Positions 28,574-39,451 of a stretch of DNA of 64,000 nt are shown here, in pieces; position 1 is the stretch's first letter; each line of letters begins with the position of its first letter. The notes under the pieces are model-generated. The model ran no database searches. It had not been told where the DNA came from and saw nothing but the letters and a program-made list of their open reading frames with translations. The translations under genes were made by a program, and so were the position numbers. The DNA comes from Candidatus Latescibacterota bacterium (lineage in GTDB: Bacteria > Latescibacterota > UBA2968 > UBA8231), in assembly GCA_965219385.1 (NCBI GenBank), contig CBDCNM010000002.1, forward strand, positions 2,288,936 through 2,352,935, written 5' to 3'.

Positions 28574-30715
28574 ATGTCTTCCAGCCGAACCTACCGGACC
28601 AAGGGGGGGGTGGAAATCACCCGGATGGTCGAAGAGTTGTCCCAGGACAGTCCCCTGGAAAGTGTACTGGCGAGTATCGACACCCATCGCGGCGCTGTCT
28701 TTGCCAGTGGTTATGAATACCCGGGCCGCTACAGTCGCTGGGATGTGGGCTTTGTAGATCCGGCCCTGGAGCTGGTTTCGCAGCAGCGGGAGTTTGTCGT
28801 GTGCGCTCTGAACCGGCGCGGCGAGCAACTGCTGGGAATCTTCGGGCTGGGGCTGGAGGGGCATCCGCACCTGGCGGCGCTCGAAGTCCAGGACGGCCAA
28901 CTGCGCGGCAAGATCCGGCCCATGCCCGACTACTTCCCCGAGGAGGAACGCAGCAAACAGCCCACAATCTTCAGTGTCCTGCGGGCGCTGGTGCACCAGA
29001 TGTACGCGGAAAAGGACCAGCACCTGGGGTTCTACGGGGCCATGGGATACGACCTGGTATTTCAGTTCGAGCCGATCGATCTGCGCCACCAGCGCGAGCG
29101 GGAGAGCCCCGATCTGCACCTGTTTCTGCCCGACGAGTTGATCGTCGTCGACCACCAGAAAGAGCAGGCCTTGAAGTATCGCTACGACTTTGAATTCGCG
29201 GGGTTTTCGACCAGGGGTGTGGAACGCAAAACAGCGGCGCTGCCGCTGCAACGCGGCATGACCTCAAAGTTGAAGAGCGATCACCTGCCCGGCGAGTACG
29301 CCGACAAGGTGCGCCAGATCATCGCCGCCACCGGGCGCGGGGACTTTTTCGAGGTCGTGCTCAGCCAGGTCTTGAGTGCCGGCTTTCCCGGGACCCCGCG
29401 CGATTTGTTCGAGAATATCCGCGAGCGCAACCCCAGTCCCTACGAGTTCCTGATCAACCTGGGCAAAGAGCAGCTCGTGGGGGCCTCCCCCGAAATGTTC
29501 GTGCGGGTGGAAGGGAAGCGGATCGAGACCTGTCCGATTGCCGGCACCATTCCGCGCGGGACCACGCCCATGGAAGACGCGGACCGGATCCTGGAGCTGC
29601 TCAACTCCCAAAAGGACGAGGCCGAACTGACCATGTGCACCGATGTGGACCGCAACGACAAGGCGCGGGTCTGCACAGCCGGTAGTGTAGAGGTGATCGG
29701 GCGGCGCATGATCGAGATGTATTCGCGTCTGATTCACACCGTGGACCACGTCGTCGGGGAGTTGCGCCCTGAGTGCGACGGATTCGACGCCTTGTTGTCG
29801 CACATGTGGGCCTGCACCCTCACGGGAGCGCCCAAGCCGGCGGCGATGCAGAAGATCGAAGACCTGGAAAACTCGGCGCGCAGGTGGTACGGCGGGTGCG
29901 TCGGCATGCTGCTTTTCAACCGCGGCATCAACACCGGGATCACCATCCGCACCGTGCACCTCGAAGGGGGCACGGCCCAGGTTCGGGCGGGGGCGACCCT
30001 GCTGTGCGATTCTGATCCGGATGAAGAGGAGCGCGAGACCCGCACCAAGGCCGAGGCCTTTATCAACGCGGTCCTGGGGAAGGCGGCAAAGGAGGGGGCC
30101 AAGTGCGCCGTTATTCCGGCGACGGGCAGGGACAAAAAGGTCCTCTTTGTCGACAACCGCGACTCCTTCGTGCACACCCTGGGTGATTATGTGCGCCAGA
30201 CCGGGGCCGGGATCGTCACGGTGCGGGCCGGGTTTCCCGAGCGCGTCTTCGACGAGGTCGAGCCCGACCTGGTCTTTATTTCGCCCGGACCGGGTACGCC
30301 CGAGGAGTTCGGGGTCCCGCAACTGGTAGGGCAATGCGTCGAGCGGCAATTGCCGGTTTTCGGGGTGTGCCTGGGACTGCAGGGCATGGTCCAGGCCTTT
30401 GGAGGAAAGCTCGGGGTGCTGCCCTACCCCATGCACGGTAAGAGTTCGCTGATCCACTGCGATTCCGAGGGCATCCTGGCGGATTTCCCCGGGGAATTCG
30501 TTGCCGGGCGCTACCACTCGCTGTTCGGCGAACCTGAAGAGATGCCCGCCTGTCTTCGGGTGCTGGCGCGCACCGAGGATGGGGTGATCATGGCGATTCA
30601 GCACAATGAGTATCCGGCGGCGGCGGTGCAGTTCCACCCGGAGTCGATTCTCACGCTCAAGGAGGATCTGGGGCTGCGGCTGATTGCCCAGGTCATCGCT
30701 CAGCTGGCCAAGTAG
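28574..30715 (+). CDS. trpE: Fused anthranilate synthase TrpEG
   Basis: [35 protein letters not shown]-terminal GATase SPGPG, GVCLG, QFHPES. Confidence 0.93.
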   Translation: MSSSRTYRTKGGVEITRMVEELSQDSPLESVLASIDTHRGAVFASGYEYPGRYSRWDVGFVDPALELVSQQREFVVCALNRRGEQLLGIFGLGLEGHPHLAALEVQDGQLRGKIRPMPDYFPEEERSKQPTIFSVLRALVHQMYAEKDQHLGFYGAMGYDLVFQFEPIDLRHQRERESPDLHLFLPDELIVVDHQKEQALKYRYDFEFAGFSTRGVERKTAALPLQRGMTSKLKSDHLPGEYADKVRQIIAATGRGDFFEVVLSQVLSAGFPGTPRDLFENIRERNPSPYEFLINLGKEQLVGASPEMFVRVEGKRIETCPIAGTIPRGTTPMEDADRILELLNSQKDEAELTMCTDVDRNDKARVCTAGSVEVIGRRMIEMYSRLIHTVDHVVGELRPECDGFDALLSHMWACTLTGAPKPAAMQKIEDLENSARRWYGGCVGMLLFNRGINTGITIRTVHLEGGTAQVRAGATLLCDSDPDEEERETRTKAEAFINAVLGKAAKEGAKCAVIPATGRDKKVLFVDNRDSFVHTLGDYVRQTGAGIVTVRAGFPERVFDEVEPDLVFISPGPGTPEEFGVPQLVGQCVERQLPVFGVCLGLQGMVQAFGGKLGVLPYPMHGKSSLIHCDSEGILADFPGEFVAGRYHSLFGEPEEMPACLRVLARTEDGVIMAIQHNEYPAAAVQFHPESILTLKEDLGLRLIAQVIAQLAK

Positions 30716-30719
30716 TTGG

Positions 30720-31283
30720 ATGATCTTAGTACTTGATAATTACGACTCGTTTACCTACAATCTGGTGCAGTACTTGGGGGCGCTGGGCGCCGAGGTGCGG
30801 GTCTTTAGAAACGATGAGATTTCCCTGGAAGAGATCGCCGGGCTGGAGCCCCAAAAGATCGTCATCTCGCCGGGGCCGTGCACTCCGGATCAGGCCGGCA
30901 TTTCCCTGGATCTGGTGCGTTGTTGCGCCGGCCAGGTTCCGCTGCTGGGGGTGTGTCTGGGACACCAGGCCATTGGACAGGTCTTCGGGGGCGTGCTCGC
31001 GCGCGCACCCAGTGTGGTACACGGGAAGACCACGGCCATCCACCACGACGGCCGGACCATCTACCAGGGTTTGTCCAATCCCTTCACGGCCACGCGCTAC
31101 CACTCCTTGATCGTGGAACGCGAGGGTTTGCCGGACTGTCTGGAAATCTCGGCCGAAACCCGGGACGGGATCGTCATGGGGCTGCGGCATAAAGACTACG
31201 ATATCGAAGGAGTGCAGTTTCATCCGGAGTCGATTCTCACCACCGAGGGCAAGAATTTGCTGGACAATTTTCTGAAAAAGTGA
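30720..31283 (+). CDS. trpG: Anthranilate/aminodeoxychorismate synthase component II
   Basis: [32 protein letters not shown]. Confidence 0.9.
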   Translation: MILVLDNYDSFTYNLVQYLGALGAEVRVFRNDEISLEEIAGLEPQKIVISPGPCTPDQAGISLDLVRCCAGQVPLLGVCLGHQAIGQVFGGVLARAPSVVHGKTTAIHHDGRTIYQGLSNPFTATRYHSLIVEREGLPDCLEISAETRDGIVMGLRHKDYDIEGVQFHPESILTTEGKNLLDNFLKK

Positions 31284-31295
31284 GGAGGGCCGGTC

Positions 31296-32306
31296 ATGAT
31301 ACAGGAAGCCATACAACAACTCATCGACGGGAAAGACTTGAGCCGCGTTGAAGCCCAGCAGGTGATGGACCGGATCATGAGCGGCGAGGCCACCGATGCC
31401 CAGATCGGCGCCTTCCTGATCGCCCTGCGCTGCAAGGGCGAGAGCGTGGAGGAGATTGCCGGCTGTGCCCAGGTGATGCTCGAGAAAGCCACCCGGGTCA
31501 ACACCAGCCGCGATGACTTGATCGACACCTGCGGCACCGGAGGCGACGGCTCGGGCACCTTCAACATCTCGACCACGGTGGCCTTTGTCGCGGCCGGCGC
31601 CGGACTGTGCGTGGCCAAACACGGCAATCGGGCCATGTCGAGCCACTGCGGTTCGGCAGACGTGCTGCAGGAGTTGGGGGTCAACATCGAAGCCACGCCG
31701 GAAAAGGTCGGTCAGTGCCTGGACGAGGCGGGTATCGGCTTTTTGTTCGCGCCCAACCTGCACCAGGCCATGAAGCACGCCATTGGTCCGCGCCGGGAGA
31801 TCGGCACGCGCACGGTCTTCAACCTCCTGGGACCGCTGACCAACCCGGCCGGCGCCAGGCGCCAGCTGATCGGGGTCTACGACGGTGCCTTGACCGAAAA
31901 GCTGGCCGGGGTGCTGCAGGAGCTGGGCTCGGAGCGGGCCTTTGTGGTCCACGGGGCGGGCGGACTGGACGAGATTGCCCTGAGCGGCAGGACCCGGGTC
32001 AGCGAACTGCGGGACGGGCAGGTCGCCACCTATGAGATCGGGCCGGAGGATTTCGGCATGCAGACGGCAGGGCCGGAATCCCTGCAGGGAGGCGGTGCCG
32101 CGGACAATGCGCGGATCCTGCTGGAGGTGCTGGAGGGCGAGGAGGGACCGCGCCGGGATGTGGTCTTGCTGAATGCGGCGGCGGCCATTGCCGCGGGTGG
32201 AGGGGCCGTTGACATGGAAGGGGGGCTAGAGCAGGCGCGCGAGTCGATTGCGTCGGGCGGGGCTCGGGGAGCCCTCGAAAAACTGGTAGAGGTGAGCAAG
32301 GTTTAA
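31296..32306 (+). CDS. trpD: Anthranilate phosphoribosyltransferase
   Basis: DTCGTGGDG..TFNIST, KHGNR, GSAD, FN.LGPL.NP. Confidence 0.96.
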   Translation: MIQEAIQQLIDGKDLSRVEAQQVMDRIMSGEATDAQIGAFLIALRCKGESVEEIAGCAQVMLEKATRVNTSRDDLIDTCGTGGDGSGTFNISTTVAFVAAGAGLCVAKHGNRAMSSHCGSADVLQELGVNIEATPEKVGQCLDEAGIGFLFAPNLHQAMKHAIGPRREIGTRTVFNLLGPLTNPAGARRQLIGVYDGALTEKLAGVLQELGSERAFVVHGAGGLDEIALSGRTRVSELRDGQVATYEIGPEDFGMQTAGPESLQGGGAADNARILLEVLEGEEGPRRDVVLLNAAAAIAAGGGAVDMEGGLEQARESIASGGARGALEKLVEVSKV

Positions 32307-32308
32307 GC

Positions 32309-33088
32309 ATGGCCGATATGCTCGAGGAAATCGTCGCCTACAAGCGAGAATTCGTGGCCCGCGCCCAGTATCGCAACCCCCTGGCCGAGATCCGCGCCGC
32401 GACGCGGGACGCGGAGGCGCCGGTGGATTTTACTAGGGCCCTTCAGGGGGGCGATATCGCCCTGATCGCCGAAGTCAAAAAGGCTTCGCCCTCCAAGGGG
32501 GTGATCCGCGCCGACTTCGACCCGGAAAGAATAGCTGATGTCTATGCCGAGAACGGAGCCCGGGCGCTTTCGGTTCTGACGGATGAGGCTTATTTTCAAG
32601 GAAGCGATGCGCATTTGCAGGCCGCCAGCCGGGTTTCGGGCTTGCCGGTTCTGCGCAAGGATTTTACCGTCGATCCCTACCAGATCTACGAAGCGCGTTT
32701 GATCGGGGCGGATGCGGTCCTGCTGATCGTGGCTCTGATGGACGGGGGGCAGCTGGAAGATTTCCAGGGATTGGCCCTGGAACTGGGGTTGAGTGTGCTG
32801 GTGGAGGTCCACACGGCTGCGGAACTGGCGCGCGCGACCGCGTGCCAGGCCCCTCTGATCGGCATCAACAACCGCGACTTGAAGACCTTCGAGACCACCC
32901 TGGAGACCACTTTTGAGCTGCTGGAAAAACTGCCGGAGGGCACCACCACGGTCAGCGAGAGCGGGATCGGAACCAGAGAGGACGTCGAGCGTTTGAGCGC
33001 GGCCGGGGTGGACGCCATTCTGGTGGGCGAGTCCCTGATGCGCGCAGAGGATATCGGCACCAAGATGAAGGCATTGCTGGGATCATGA
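32309..33088 (+). CDS. trpC: Indole-3-glycerol phosphate synthase
   Basis: IAEVKKASPSKG, LRKDF, GINNRDL, SESGI, LVGE. Confidence 0.96.
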   Translation: MADMLEEIVAYKREFVARAQYRNPLAEIRAATRDAEAPVDFTRALQGGDIALIAEVKKASPSKGVIRADFDPERIADVYAENGARALSVLTDEAYFQGSDAHLQAASRVSGLPVLRKDFTVDPYQIYEARLIGADAVLLIVALMDGGQLEDFQGLALELGLSVLVEVHTAAELARATACQAPLIGINNRDLKTFETTLETTFELLEKLPEGTTTVSESGIGTREDVERLSAAGVDAILVGESLMRAEDIGTKMKALLGS

Positions 33089-34068
33089 AAAAAAGGGTAT
33101 TTTCAGGAATACAGCCTTCGGGCAATCTGCACATCGGCAACTACCTAGGCTCCATCCGCAACTGGGTGGAGGACCAGGACAAATACGACAGTATCTTCTG
33201 CGTGGTTGACCAGCACGCCATCACCGTGGACTACGACCCGGAGGCGTTGCGCCAGAATACCCGCCAGCTGGTGGGGATCTACCTGGCCGCCGGTCTGGAT
33301 CCTGAGCGCTGCGTCCTGTTTGTCCAGTCCCACGTTCCCGAGCACACAGAGTTGACCTGGTTGTTCAATTGTATAACTCCGATGGGCTGGCTGCAGCGCA
33401 TGACCCAGTTCAAGGAAAAGTCGGAAGGCAAGCGCGAGCAGGTCAGCGCCGGACTTTTCACCTACCCGCTGCTGATGGCGGCGGACATCCTGCTCTACCA
33501 GACGGACGGGGTGCCGGTCGGCGAGGATCAAAAGCAGCACGTGGAACTGGCCCGCGATATCGCCCAGCGCTTCAACCACCTCTTCGGCGAGACCTTCAAG
33601 ATGCCCGAGCCCCTGATCCGCAAGGTGGGTGCACGGGTGATGGGTCTGGACGATCCCACCCGCAAGATGTCCAAGTCGGCGGAAGGGCAGAACCACGGCA
33701 TCGGTCTGCTGGACGAGCCGAACCGGATCCGCAAGAAGCTGGGCCAGGCCGTGACCGATTCGCACAAAGAGATCGAGTTCGACCCCGAGCGGCCCGGGGT
33801 CTTCAATCTGCTGAATGTGTACCAGGCCTTCTCCAGAGGTAGCCCGGCGGAGATCGAAGCGCACTTTGCGGGCAAGGGCTACGGGGACCTGAAGCGCGAG
33901 TTGGCCGACGTGGTCATCGCCGCGCTGGAGCCCATACAGGCGCGCTACCGGGAGGTGACCGCGGACCCCAGGTACATTGACGGAGTCCTGCGGGAGGGCG
34001 TGGAGAATCTGCGGCCGATCGTAGACCAGACCATGGGCCGGGTACACCGAAACATGGGGCTTAAATGA
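33085..34068 (+). CDS. trpS: Tryptophanyl-tRNA synthetase
   Basis: SGIQPSG.LHIGNY, YP.LMAADIL, VPVGEDQ, KMSKS. Confidence 0.97.
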   Translation: MKKRVFSGIQPSGNLHIGNYLGSIRNWVEDQDKYDSIFCVVDQHAITVDYDPEALRQNTRQLVGIYLAAGLDPERCVLFVQSHVPEHTELTWLFNCITPMGWLQRMTQFKEKSEGKREQVSAGLFTYPLLMAADILLYQTDGVPVGEDQKQHVELARDIAQRFNHLFGETFKMPEPLIRKVGARVMGLDDPTRKMSKSAEGQNHGIGLLDEPNRIRKKLGQAVTDSHKEIEFDPERPGVFNLLNVYQAFSRGSPAEIEAHFAGKGYGDLKRELADVVIAALEPIQARYREVTADPRYIDGVLREGVENLRPIVDQTMGRVHRNMGLK

Positions 34069-34078
34069 GGAGGATTTT

Positions 34079-34339
34079 ATGGATCTGAGTGACTGGCGGG
34101 CGCGCATCGATACCGTGGACCAGATACTGGTGGATCTTCTCAACAAGCGCATGCACTACGTCCTGGAGATCGGCAAGATCAAGCGCGCCCACGGTCGGCA
34201 GGTCCGCGATGCCGAACGAGAAAAGGCCATACTGGACGGGCTCAAGGCCTACAATAACGGCCCGCTCAGCGACGCGGCCATAGCGGATATCTTCAATCGC
34301 ATCATGCAGGAAGCCCGGAACCTGGAAGAAGGCTTCTAA
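34079..34339 (+). CDS. Chorismate mutase (AroQ type)
   Basis: L...R..ID..D..LV.LLN.R....IG..K.......D.ERE. Confidence 0.9.
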   Translation: MDLSDWRARIDTVDQILVDLLNKRMHYVLEIGKIKRAHGRQVRDAEREKAILDGLKAYNNGPLSDAAIADIFNRIMQEARNLEEGF

Positions 34340-34354
34340 AGAGGAAAGAGGAGG

Positions 34355-35458
34355 ATAACAGCTTTCTTTAAACGGATTGCAATCATTGGCGTGGGCCTGA
34401 TCGGCGGCTCCATGGGACTGGCCCTCCGGCGTACGGGGTTTGCCGGAAGCCTGGTCGGCGTCAGCCGGCCCGATACCCTGGAAAAAGCCCTGGAGCTGGA
34501 GGTCATCGACGAGGGCTGGCCCTACGAGGAACTGGAGTCGGCCTTGGTCGGGACCGACCTGATTTTCATCTGTACCCCGATTCAGCGGATCCTCGAATTG
34601 CTGGAGGAGATTCCTCGCTATGCCGCTCCTGGGGCCCTGATCACGGATGTGGGCAGCACCAAACGCCGCGTCGTGGCGCAGGCGACCGAGCGGCTGCGGC
34701 GCGATCTCCACTTCGTTGGTGGTCATCCCATGGCCGGCTCCGAAAAGGCGGGCGTGACCGCGGCCGATCCCTTTTTGTTCCAGAATGCCATCTACATCCT
34801 GGTCGAAGGCGAGGATGTGCCCGCGGAACTCTACGCGGCTTTCACCGGGTTGCTGAAGAAGGTGGGCGCCAAGATCGTGGAACTGTCGGCCACAGTACAC
34901 GACGAGGTGGTGGCCGCGATTAGCCACCTGCCGCAGATGATGGCGACCTCGCTGGTCGAGATGGTGGGGCGGATGAACCAGCAGAACGGCTGTTTCCTAC
35001 CGCTGGCCGCGGGTGGATTTCGCGATCTGACCCGCATCGCCTCCAGTCCCTATGCGCCGGTCTGGGAGGATATATGCCGCACCAATGCGGACCAGATCCG
35101 CCACATGATCAACCGCTACGTGGAGGTGCTTCAGGATGTGCGCGAGCGGCTCGAAGAAGAGAGCTTGAGCCAGGATTTCGCCTACGCCAACCAGGTCCGC
35201 GGTTCGATTCCCCGGGATGCCAAAGGGTTTATACACACCCTTTTCGAACTCCTGGTGGTGGCCGAGGACAAGCCGGGAATCATCGCCGAGATCGCCACGG
35301 CCCTGAGCCGTGAAGAGATCAATATCAATGACATAGAAATCATGAAGGTGCGGGAACGGGTAGGGGGGACCATCCGCCTGGGGTTCGATGCCGAGGACGC
35401 GGCCGTGCGAGCCCTGAAGGTTCTGAGCGGGTTGAGCTACCAGGTCCGGAGACCCTGA
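34355..35458 (+). CDS. tyrA: Prephenate/arogenate dehydrogenase with C-terminal ACT domain
   Basis: IAIIGVGLIGGS, DVGSTK, GGHPMAGSE, HD...A.ISHLP, GFRD.TRIA, EDKPG; start appears non-canonical (ATA 34355). Confidence 0.9.
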   Translation: MTAFFKRIAIIGVGLIGGSMGLALRRTGFAGSLVGVSRPDTLEKALELEVIDEGWPYEELESALVGTDLIFICTPIQRILELLEEIPRYAAPGALITDVGSTKRRVVAQATERLRRDLHFVGGHPMAGSEKAGVTAADPFLFQNAIYILVEGEDVPAELYAAFTGLLKKVGAKIVELSATVHDEVVAAISHLPQMMATSLVEMVGRMNQQNGCFLPLAAGGFRDLTRIASSPYAPVWEDICRTNADQIRHMINRYVEVLQDVRERLEEESLSQDFAYANQVRGSIPRDAKGFIHTLFELLVVAEDKPGIIAEIATALSREEININDIEIMKVRERVGGTIRLGFDAEDAAVRALKVLSGLSYQVRRP

Positions 35459-35459
35459 T

Positions 35460-36740
35460 ATGGAACAGATTGTGAGTCCGGCGCGCAAAATGGTGGGCGA
35501 GGTGACCGTGCCCGGAGAGCTGGAACCCGCCGGGCAGGCCCTGGTGCTGGCCGCTCTGGCCGAGGGCGAGAGCCGCATCCGCAATGCGCCGGCGGCTCTT
35601 GCGGATCTGGTCGGCGTCCTGAGGAAGCTGGGCGTGGAGATCGCGTCGCGCCGGGGCGGCCTGGTGGTTCAGGGCCGCGGCCCGAGCGGATTCCGGGGGC
35701 CGGATGGGGTGCTGGAACTGAGTGGTCTGGGAGAAACGGGTCTGCTGGTTGTGGCCCTGCTGGCCGGCCGGGCGTTCCCGACGCGGGTGAAGCTGGGCGA
35801 GGGCCACAATCGCTGTGGGGCGTTGCTGGAATTGCTGGCTCCAATGGGAGCTGCCCTGGTTCGAGAGACCGAGGAGGTCTATTTCGTGGGTGGGACGGAG
35901 GAACTGACAGGGGTGGCTCACCCGGTCGCGGATCTGGATCCGGTGCTCAAGCTGGCGGTGTTGATCGCCGGGTTGGGCGCCGCGGGTTGCACCAGCCTGC
36001 TCGAATCCCCTCAAGGCCGCGACCAGGTGGTGCCTCTGTTGCGCCAGCGGCAGGTCTGGGTGGAGCGTCGCAAACAGAAGAATGCCGATAGCTATCTGGT
36101 CTCTGTGGAGGGGGGGCAGCCGATCCAGCCTTTTGCAGTGGAAATCCCCGGGGAAGTGTCTCTGGCCTACCCACTGCTGGCCGCGGCGCTGGGGCTGAAG
36201 GGGTCGGAGTTGAAGATTCGCTACGTGGCCATCCATCCGGGGCGGCGCGCCTTCCTGGATACCATGCGGCACATGGGTGCGCCCCTTGCAATCGAGGAAG
36301 AGGAGGATGGGACGACTCACCTAATGGTCCGTGCCGGGGGCCTGAAATCGACCCGGATAGCAGGGCCGCGCACCGAGAAACTGGTGGAGCAGATCCCCCT
36401 GCTGGCCGTGCTGGCCACCCAGGCCCAGGGGGAATTCGTCATCCGGGATATCGGCGGCCTGCGCCAGGGCGACTTCGACTACGTGGCCCATCTGGTGGGA
36501 CTGTTGCGCCAGATTGGAGCCCGGGTGGGCGAGTTCCCCGAGGGGTTGGTCATCGAGGGCGGCTACCCTCTGCAGGGGGGCCGCATTGAGACCCGGGGGG
36601 ATGTTGGGCTGGTGCTGGCTTTTGCCGTGGCCGGTTTGCTGGCCGAAACCCAGATCATCCTCACCGAGACCGAATGTCTGGATGGAATCTACCCTGAGTT
36701 TTTCGCCACTTTAGAAGCGCTGAAGGAGAAGAAAAAATGA
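35460..36740 (+). CDS. aroA: EPSP synthase (AroA)-fold protein lacking catalytic motifs
   Basis: Collinear with class II AroA (G...VPG, LAALAEG, IPLLAVLATQA.G, YPEFF..L), but active-site motifs are replaced. Confidence 0.8.
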   Translation: MEQIVSPARKMVGEVTVPGELEPAGQALVLAALAEGESRIRNAPAALADLVGVLRKLGVEIASRRGGLVVQGRGPSGFRGPDGVLELSGLGETGLLVVALLAGRAFPTRVKLGEGHNRCGALLELLAPMGAALVRETEEVYFVGGTEELTGVAHPVADLDPVLKLAVLIAGLGAAGCTSLLESPQGRDQVVPLLRQRQVWVERRKQKNADSYLVSVEGGQPIQPFAVEIPGEVSLAYPLLAAALGLKGSELKIRYVAIHPGRRAFLDTMRHMGAPLAIEEEEDGTTHLMVRAGGLKSTRIAGPRTEKLVEQIPLLAVLATQAQGEFVIRDIGGLRQGDFDYVAHLVGLLRQIGARVGEFPEGLVIEGGYPLQGGRIETRGDVGLVLAFAVAGLLAETQIILTETECLDGIYPEFFATLEALKEKKK

Positions 36741-36877
36741 GAGGTCTTTTCAGATTGTTCATGCTGCTGTGCGTGCTGTTTGGCGGCGGGGTCGTGTTGA
36801 TTCGGGTACTCTACGGTGTCTCCTGGCGCGAAAGCCTGGACATCGCGGACCAGTTCATCGCGGACCTGCTGGATTGA
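36737..36877 (+). CDS. Small membrane protein, 46 aa (not in ORF track)
   Basis: MRGLFRLFMLLCVLFGGGVVLIRVLYGVSWRESLDIADQFIADLLD; AAGGAG RBS; overlaps both neighbours. Confidence 0.65.
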   Translation: MRGLFRLFMLLCVLFGGGVVLIRVLYGVSWRESLDIADQFIADLLD

Positions 36878-37731
36878 TCTCCGGCCGCACCCGGCTCCTG
36901 GGGGTCATCGGGCACCCGGTGGAACACACCTCCTCGCCGGCCATGCACAACGCCGCGCTGCAGGCGCTGGGGCTGGACTATGTGTACGTGGCTTTCCACG
37001 TGGCTCTGGACGGTCTGCGGGAGGCCCTGTCCGGCGTGCGCGCTCTCCAGATCCGGGGCCTGAACGTGACCGTGCCTCACAAGCAGGCGGTGGTGGAGGA
37101 ACTGGACGAGATCTCGGAGGAAGCCCGCACCATAGGAGCGGTGAATACCATCGCCAATGAAGAGGGACATCTGAGCGGCTACAACACCGACGGTTACGGG
37201 GTCATGGAGAGCTTGCGGCAGGAGGGCGGGTTGGAAGAGCTGCCTCCGCAGGTCGCCTTGCTCGGCGCCGGCGGGGCGGCGCGGGCCATCCTCTATGCCT
37301 TGCTGCAACGTCCGGAGGTGGAAAAGATCGTCCTGCTCAACCGCACGGTGGCGCGCGCCGAGGGGTTGGCCGGGGATCTGGACCCGGCGGCCAAGAAGGT
37401 GGAGGTGGGGGGACTGGACGGGCGGTGTGGTAATGAGATTCGCGCTGCGGGTTTGCTGATCAATTCCACTTCAGTGGGCATGCATCCCCACGAGGACACC
37501 TCGCCCCTGGAAGATGAGGGCTGTCTACGGCCCGGGATGCTGGTGCTGGATATCGTCTACAATCCCCAGCGCACTCGCCTGATGCAGCAGGCCGAGACGG
37601 CCGGGGCCCAGGCTCTGAACGGGTTGGGCATGCTGGCTTATCAGGGGGCGCGTTCGTTCGAGCTCTGGACCGGCCACAAGCCGCTGGTGGAGGTTATGAA
37701 AAAGGCGGCGCTGGAGCGGTTGGGCGGGTAG
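36874..37731 (+). CDS. aroE: Shikimate dehydrogenase
   Basis: G.PV.H..SP.MHN, G.NVTVPHK, GAVNT, NTDG.G, GAGGAA, ML.YQG. Confidence 0.95.
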   Translation: MISGRTRLLGVIGHPVEHTSSPAMHNAALQALGLDYVYVAFHVALDGLREALSGVRALQIRGLNVTVPHKQAVVEELDEISEEARTIGAVNTIANEEGHLSGYNTDGYGVMESLRQEGGLEELPPQVALLGAGGAARAILYALLQRPEVEKIVLLNRTVARAEGLAGDLDPAAKKVEVGGLDGRCGNEIRAAGLLINSTSVGMHPHEDTSPLEDEGCLRPGMLVLDIVYNPQRTRLMQQAETAGAQALNGLGMLAYQGARSFELWTGHKPLVEVMKKAALERLGG

Positions 37732-37749
37732 TATTGCGGAGGTTGTGCT

Positions 37750-39450
37750 TTGGATCCATTCGTAGATGAACTAGTAGAAAAAACAGCCGTCGCTGCCGCA
37801 CTGGACGAGAACAGGGTGCGGGAATTGTTGGCCGTGCCACCCAGACAGGAGATGGGGGACTACACCCTGCCCTGTTTCACCCTGGCTAAGCCGTTTCGCA
37901 AAAATCCGGCCGCCATTGCCCGGGAGTTGGCCGCCAGGATAGACGCCGGGGAAAACATCGACAAGGTCGAAGCCGCCGGCCCCTACGTCAACTTCACCCT
38001 GAACCGCAAACGCTTCATCGTCCACGTCCTGCAACAGGTCACGGCGCAGGGAGCAAACTACGGCAGTCTGAACCAGGGTGCGGGCAAGACCCTGGTCATC
38101 GACTTCTCCTCTCCCAACCTGGCCAAGCCGTTTACCATTGCTCACTTGCGCTCCACCGCCATCGGCAATGCCATTTACAGGATCCACGCCTTTCTGGGCT
38201 GGCACTGCGTGGGCATCAATCACCTGGGCGACTGGGGCGCCAATTTCGGTCAGCTCCTGGCCGCGTACAGGAAGTGGGCCGATGTCGAGCAGGTGAAGGC
38301 CAATCCAGTGCCCGAGTTGCTGGCCCTCTACGTCCGTTTCAACCAGGAGCTGGAGAACAATCCCGCCCTGCAGAACGAGGCCAGGGAGTGCCTGCGGAAG
38401 CTAGAGGCGGGCGACGAGGAAATGCAGTCTTTGTGGCGCTACTTCGTCGAGGAAGGCCGCAAGGAAGCCGAGAGAATCTACCAGATTCTCGCAGTCCACT
38501 TCGACGCTACCATGGGCGAGAGCCACTTTGCCGACAAACTGGAAGAGGTGGTGGCGCCGTTCGCGGAAAAGGGCCTGGCCGTGGAAAGCGAGGGAGCGCT
38601 GATCGTGGACCTGGAGGAGTGGGACATGGCCCCGTGCATGCTGCGCACCAGCAGGGGCACCACCACCTATCACAGCCGGGATCTCGCCGCCTTGTTTTAT
38701 CGCTATGAGAACTTCGAGTTCGACAAGATGGTCTACGTGACGGATGTGTCGCAGAGTCTGCACTTTCGCCAGATATTCAAAGCAGTGGAGTTGCTGGGCG
38801 TGGACTGGAGCGACCGGTGTGCGCACGCGCCCTTCGGCCTGATGACCTTCAAGGGCGAGAAAATAGCCACCCGCAAGGGCAGCATGGTCTTCCTGGAGGA
38901 TGTGCTGGACCAAGCCGTGCAGCTCACGCGCGAGCTCATCGCCGAGAAGAACCCGGACCTCGAGGACAAGGAAGCCATCGCTTGTCAGGTCGGCATCAGC
39001 GCGGTGATCTTTGCGGATCTGGATTCGCGCCGTACCCGGGACGTGGTTTTCGACTGGGACGAGGTGCTCAACTTCGACGGCGAGACCGGGCCCTATGTCC
39101 AGTACACCCACGCCCGCTTTTGCAGCATCCTGCGTCGCTACGGCAAAAGGGTGGATCCGGGGATTGACCTGGCGGTTCTGGAAGAGGACGCGGAGATGCG
39201 GGTGGCGCGCCAGCTCTCCCGTTTCCCCGAGTGCCTGGAACAGGCATGCCGCGAGAACGAGCCTTCCCTAATTTCCACTTACTTGATTGAACTGGCTACC
39301 GTGGCCAACAAATTCTACCACGAGGTGCCGGTGCTGACCCGAGAGGATCAGGGCCTTGTACAGGCGCGGGTCGTGCTGGTGGATTGCATCCGCACAGTAT
39401 TGCGGACGGGGCTGTCCCTGCTGGGCATGCAAGCCCCGGAGGAGATGTAG
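37750..39450 (+). CDS. argS: Arginyl-tRNA synthetase
   Basis: DFSSPN.AK....HLRST.IG, NHLGDWG, GETGPYVQY.HAR, LG...PE.M. Confidence 0.95.
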   Translation: MDPFVDELVEKTAVAAALDENRVRELLAVPPRQEMGDYTLPCFTLAKPFRKNPAAIARELAARIDAGENIDKVEAAGPYVNFTLNRKRFIVHVLQQVTAQGANYGSLNQGAGKTLVIDFSSPNLAKPFTIAHLRSTAIGNAIYRIHAFLGWHCVGINHLGDWGANFGQLLAAYRKWADVEQVKANPVPELLALYVRFNQELENNPALQNEARECLRKLEAGDEEMQSLWRYFVEEGRKEAERIYQILAVHFDATMGESHFADKLEEVVAPFAEKGLAVESEGALIVDLEEWDMAPCMLRTSRGTTTYHSRDLAALFYRYENFEFDKMVYVTDVSQSLHFRQIFKAVELLGVDWSDRCAHAPFGLMTFKGEKIATRKGSMVFLEDVLDQAVQLTRELIAEKNPDLEDKEAIACQVGISAVIFADLDSRRTRDVVFDWDEVLNFDGETGPYVQYTHARFCSILRRYGKRVDPGIDLAVLEEDAEMRVARQLSRFPECLEQACRENEPSLISTYLIELATVANKFYHEVPVLTREDQGLVQARVVLVDCIRTVLRTGLSLLGMQAPEEM

Positions 39451-39451
39451 C

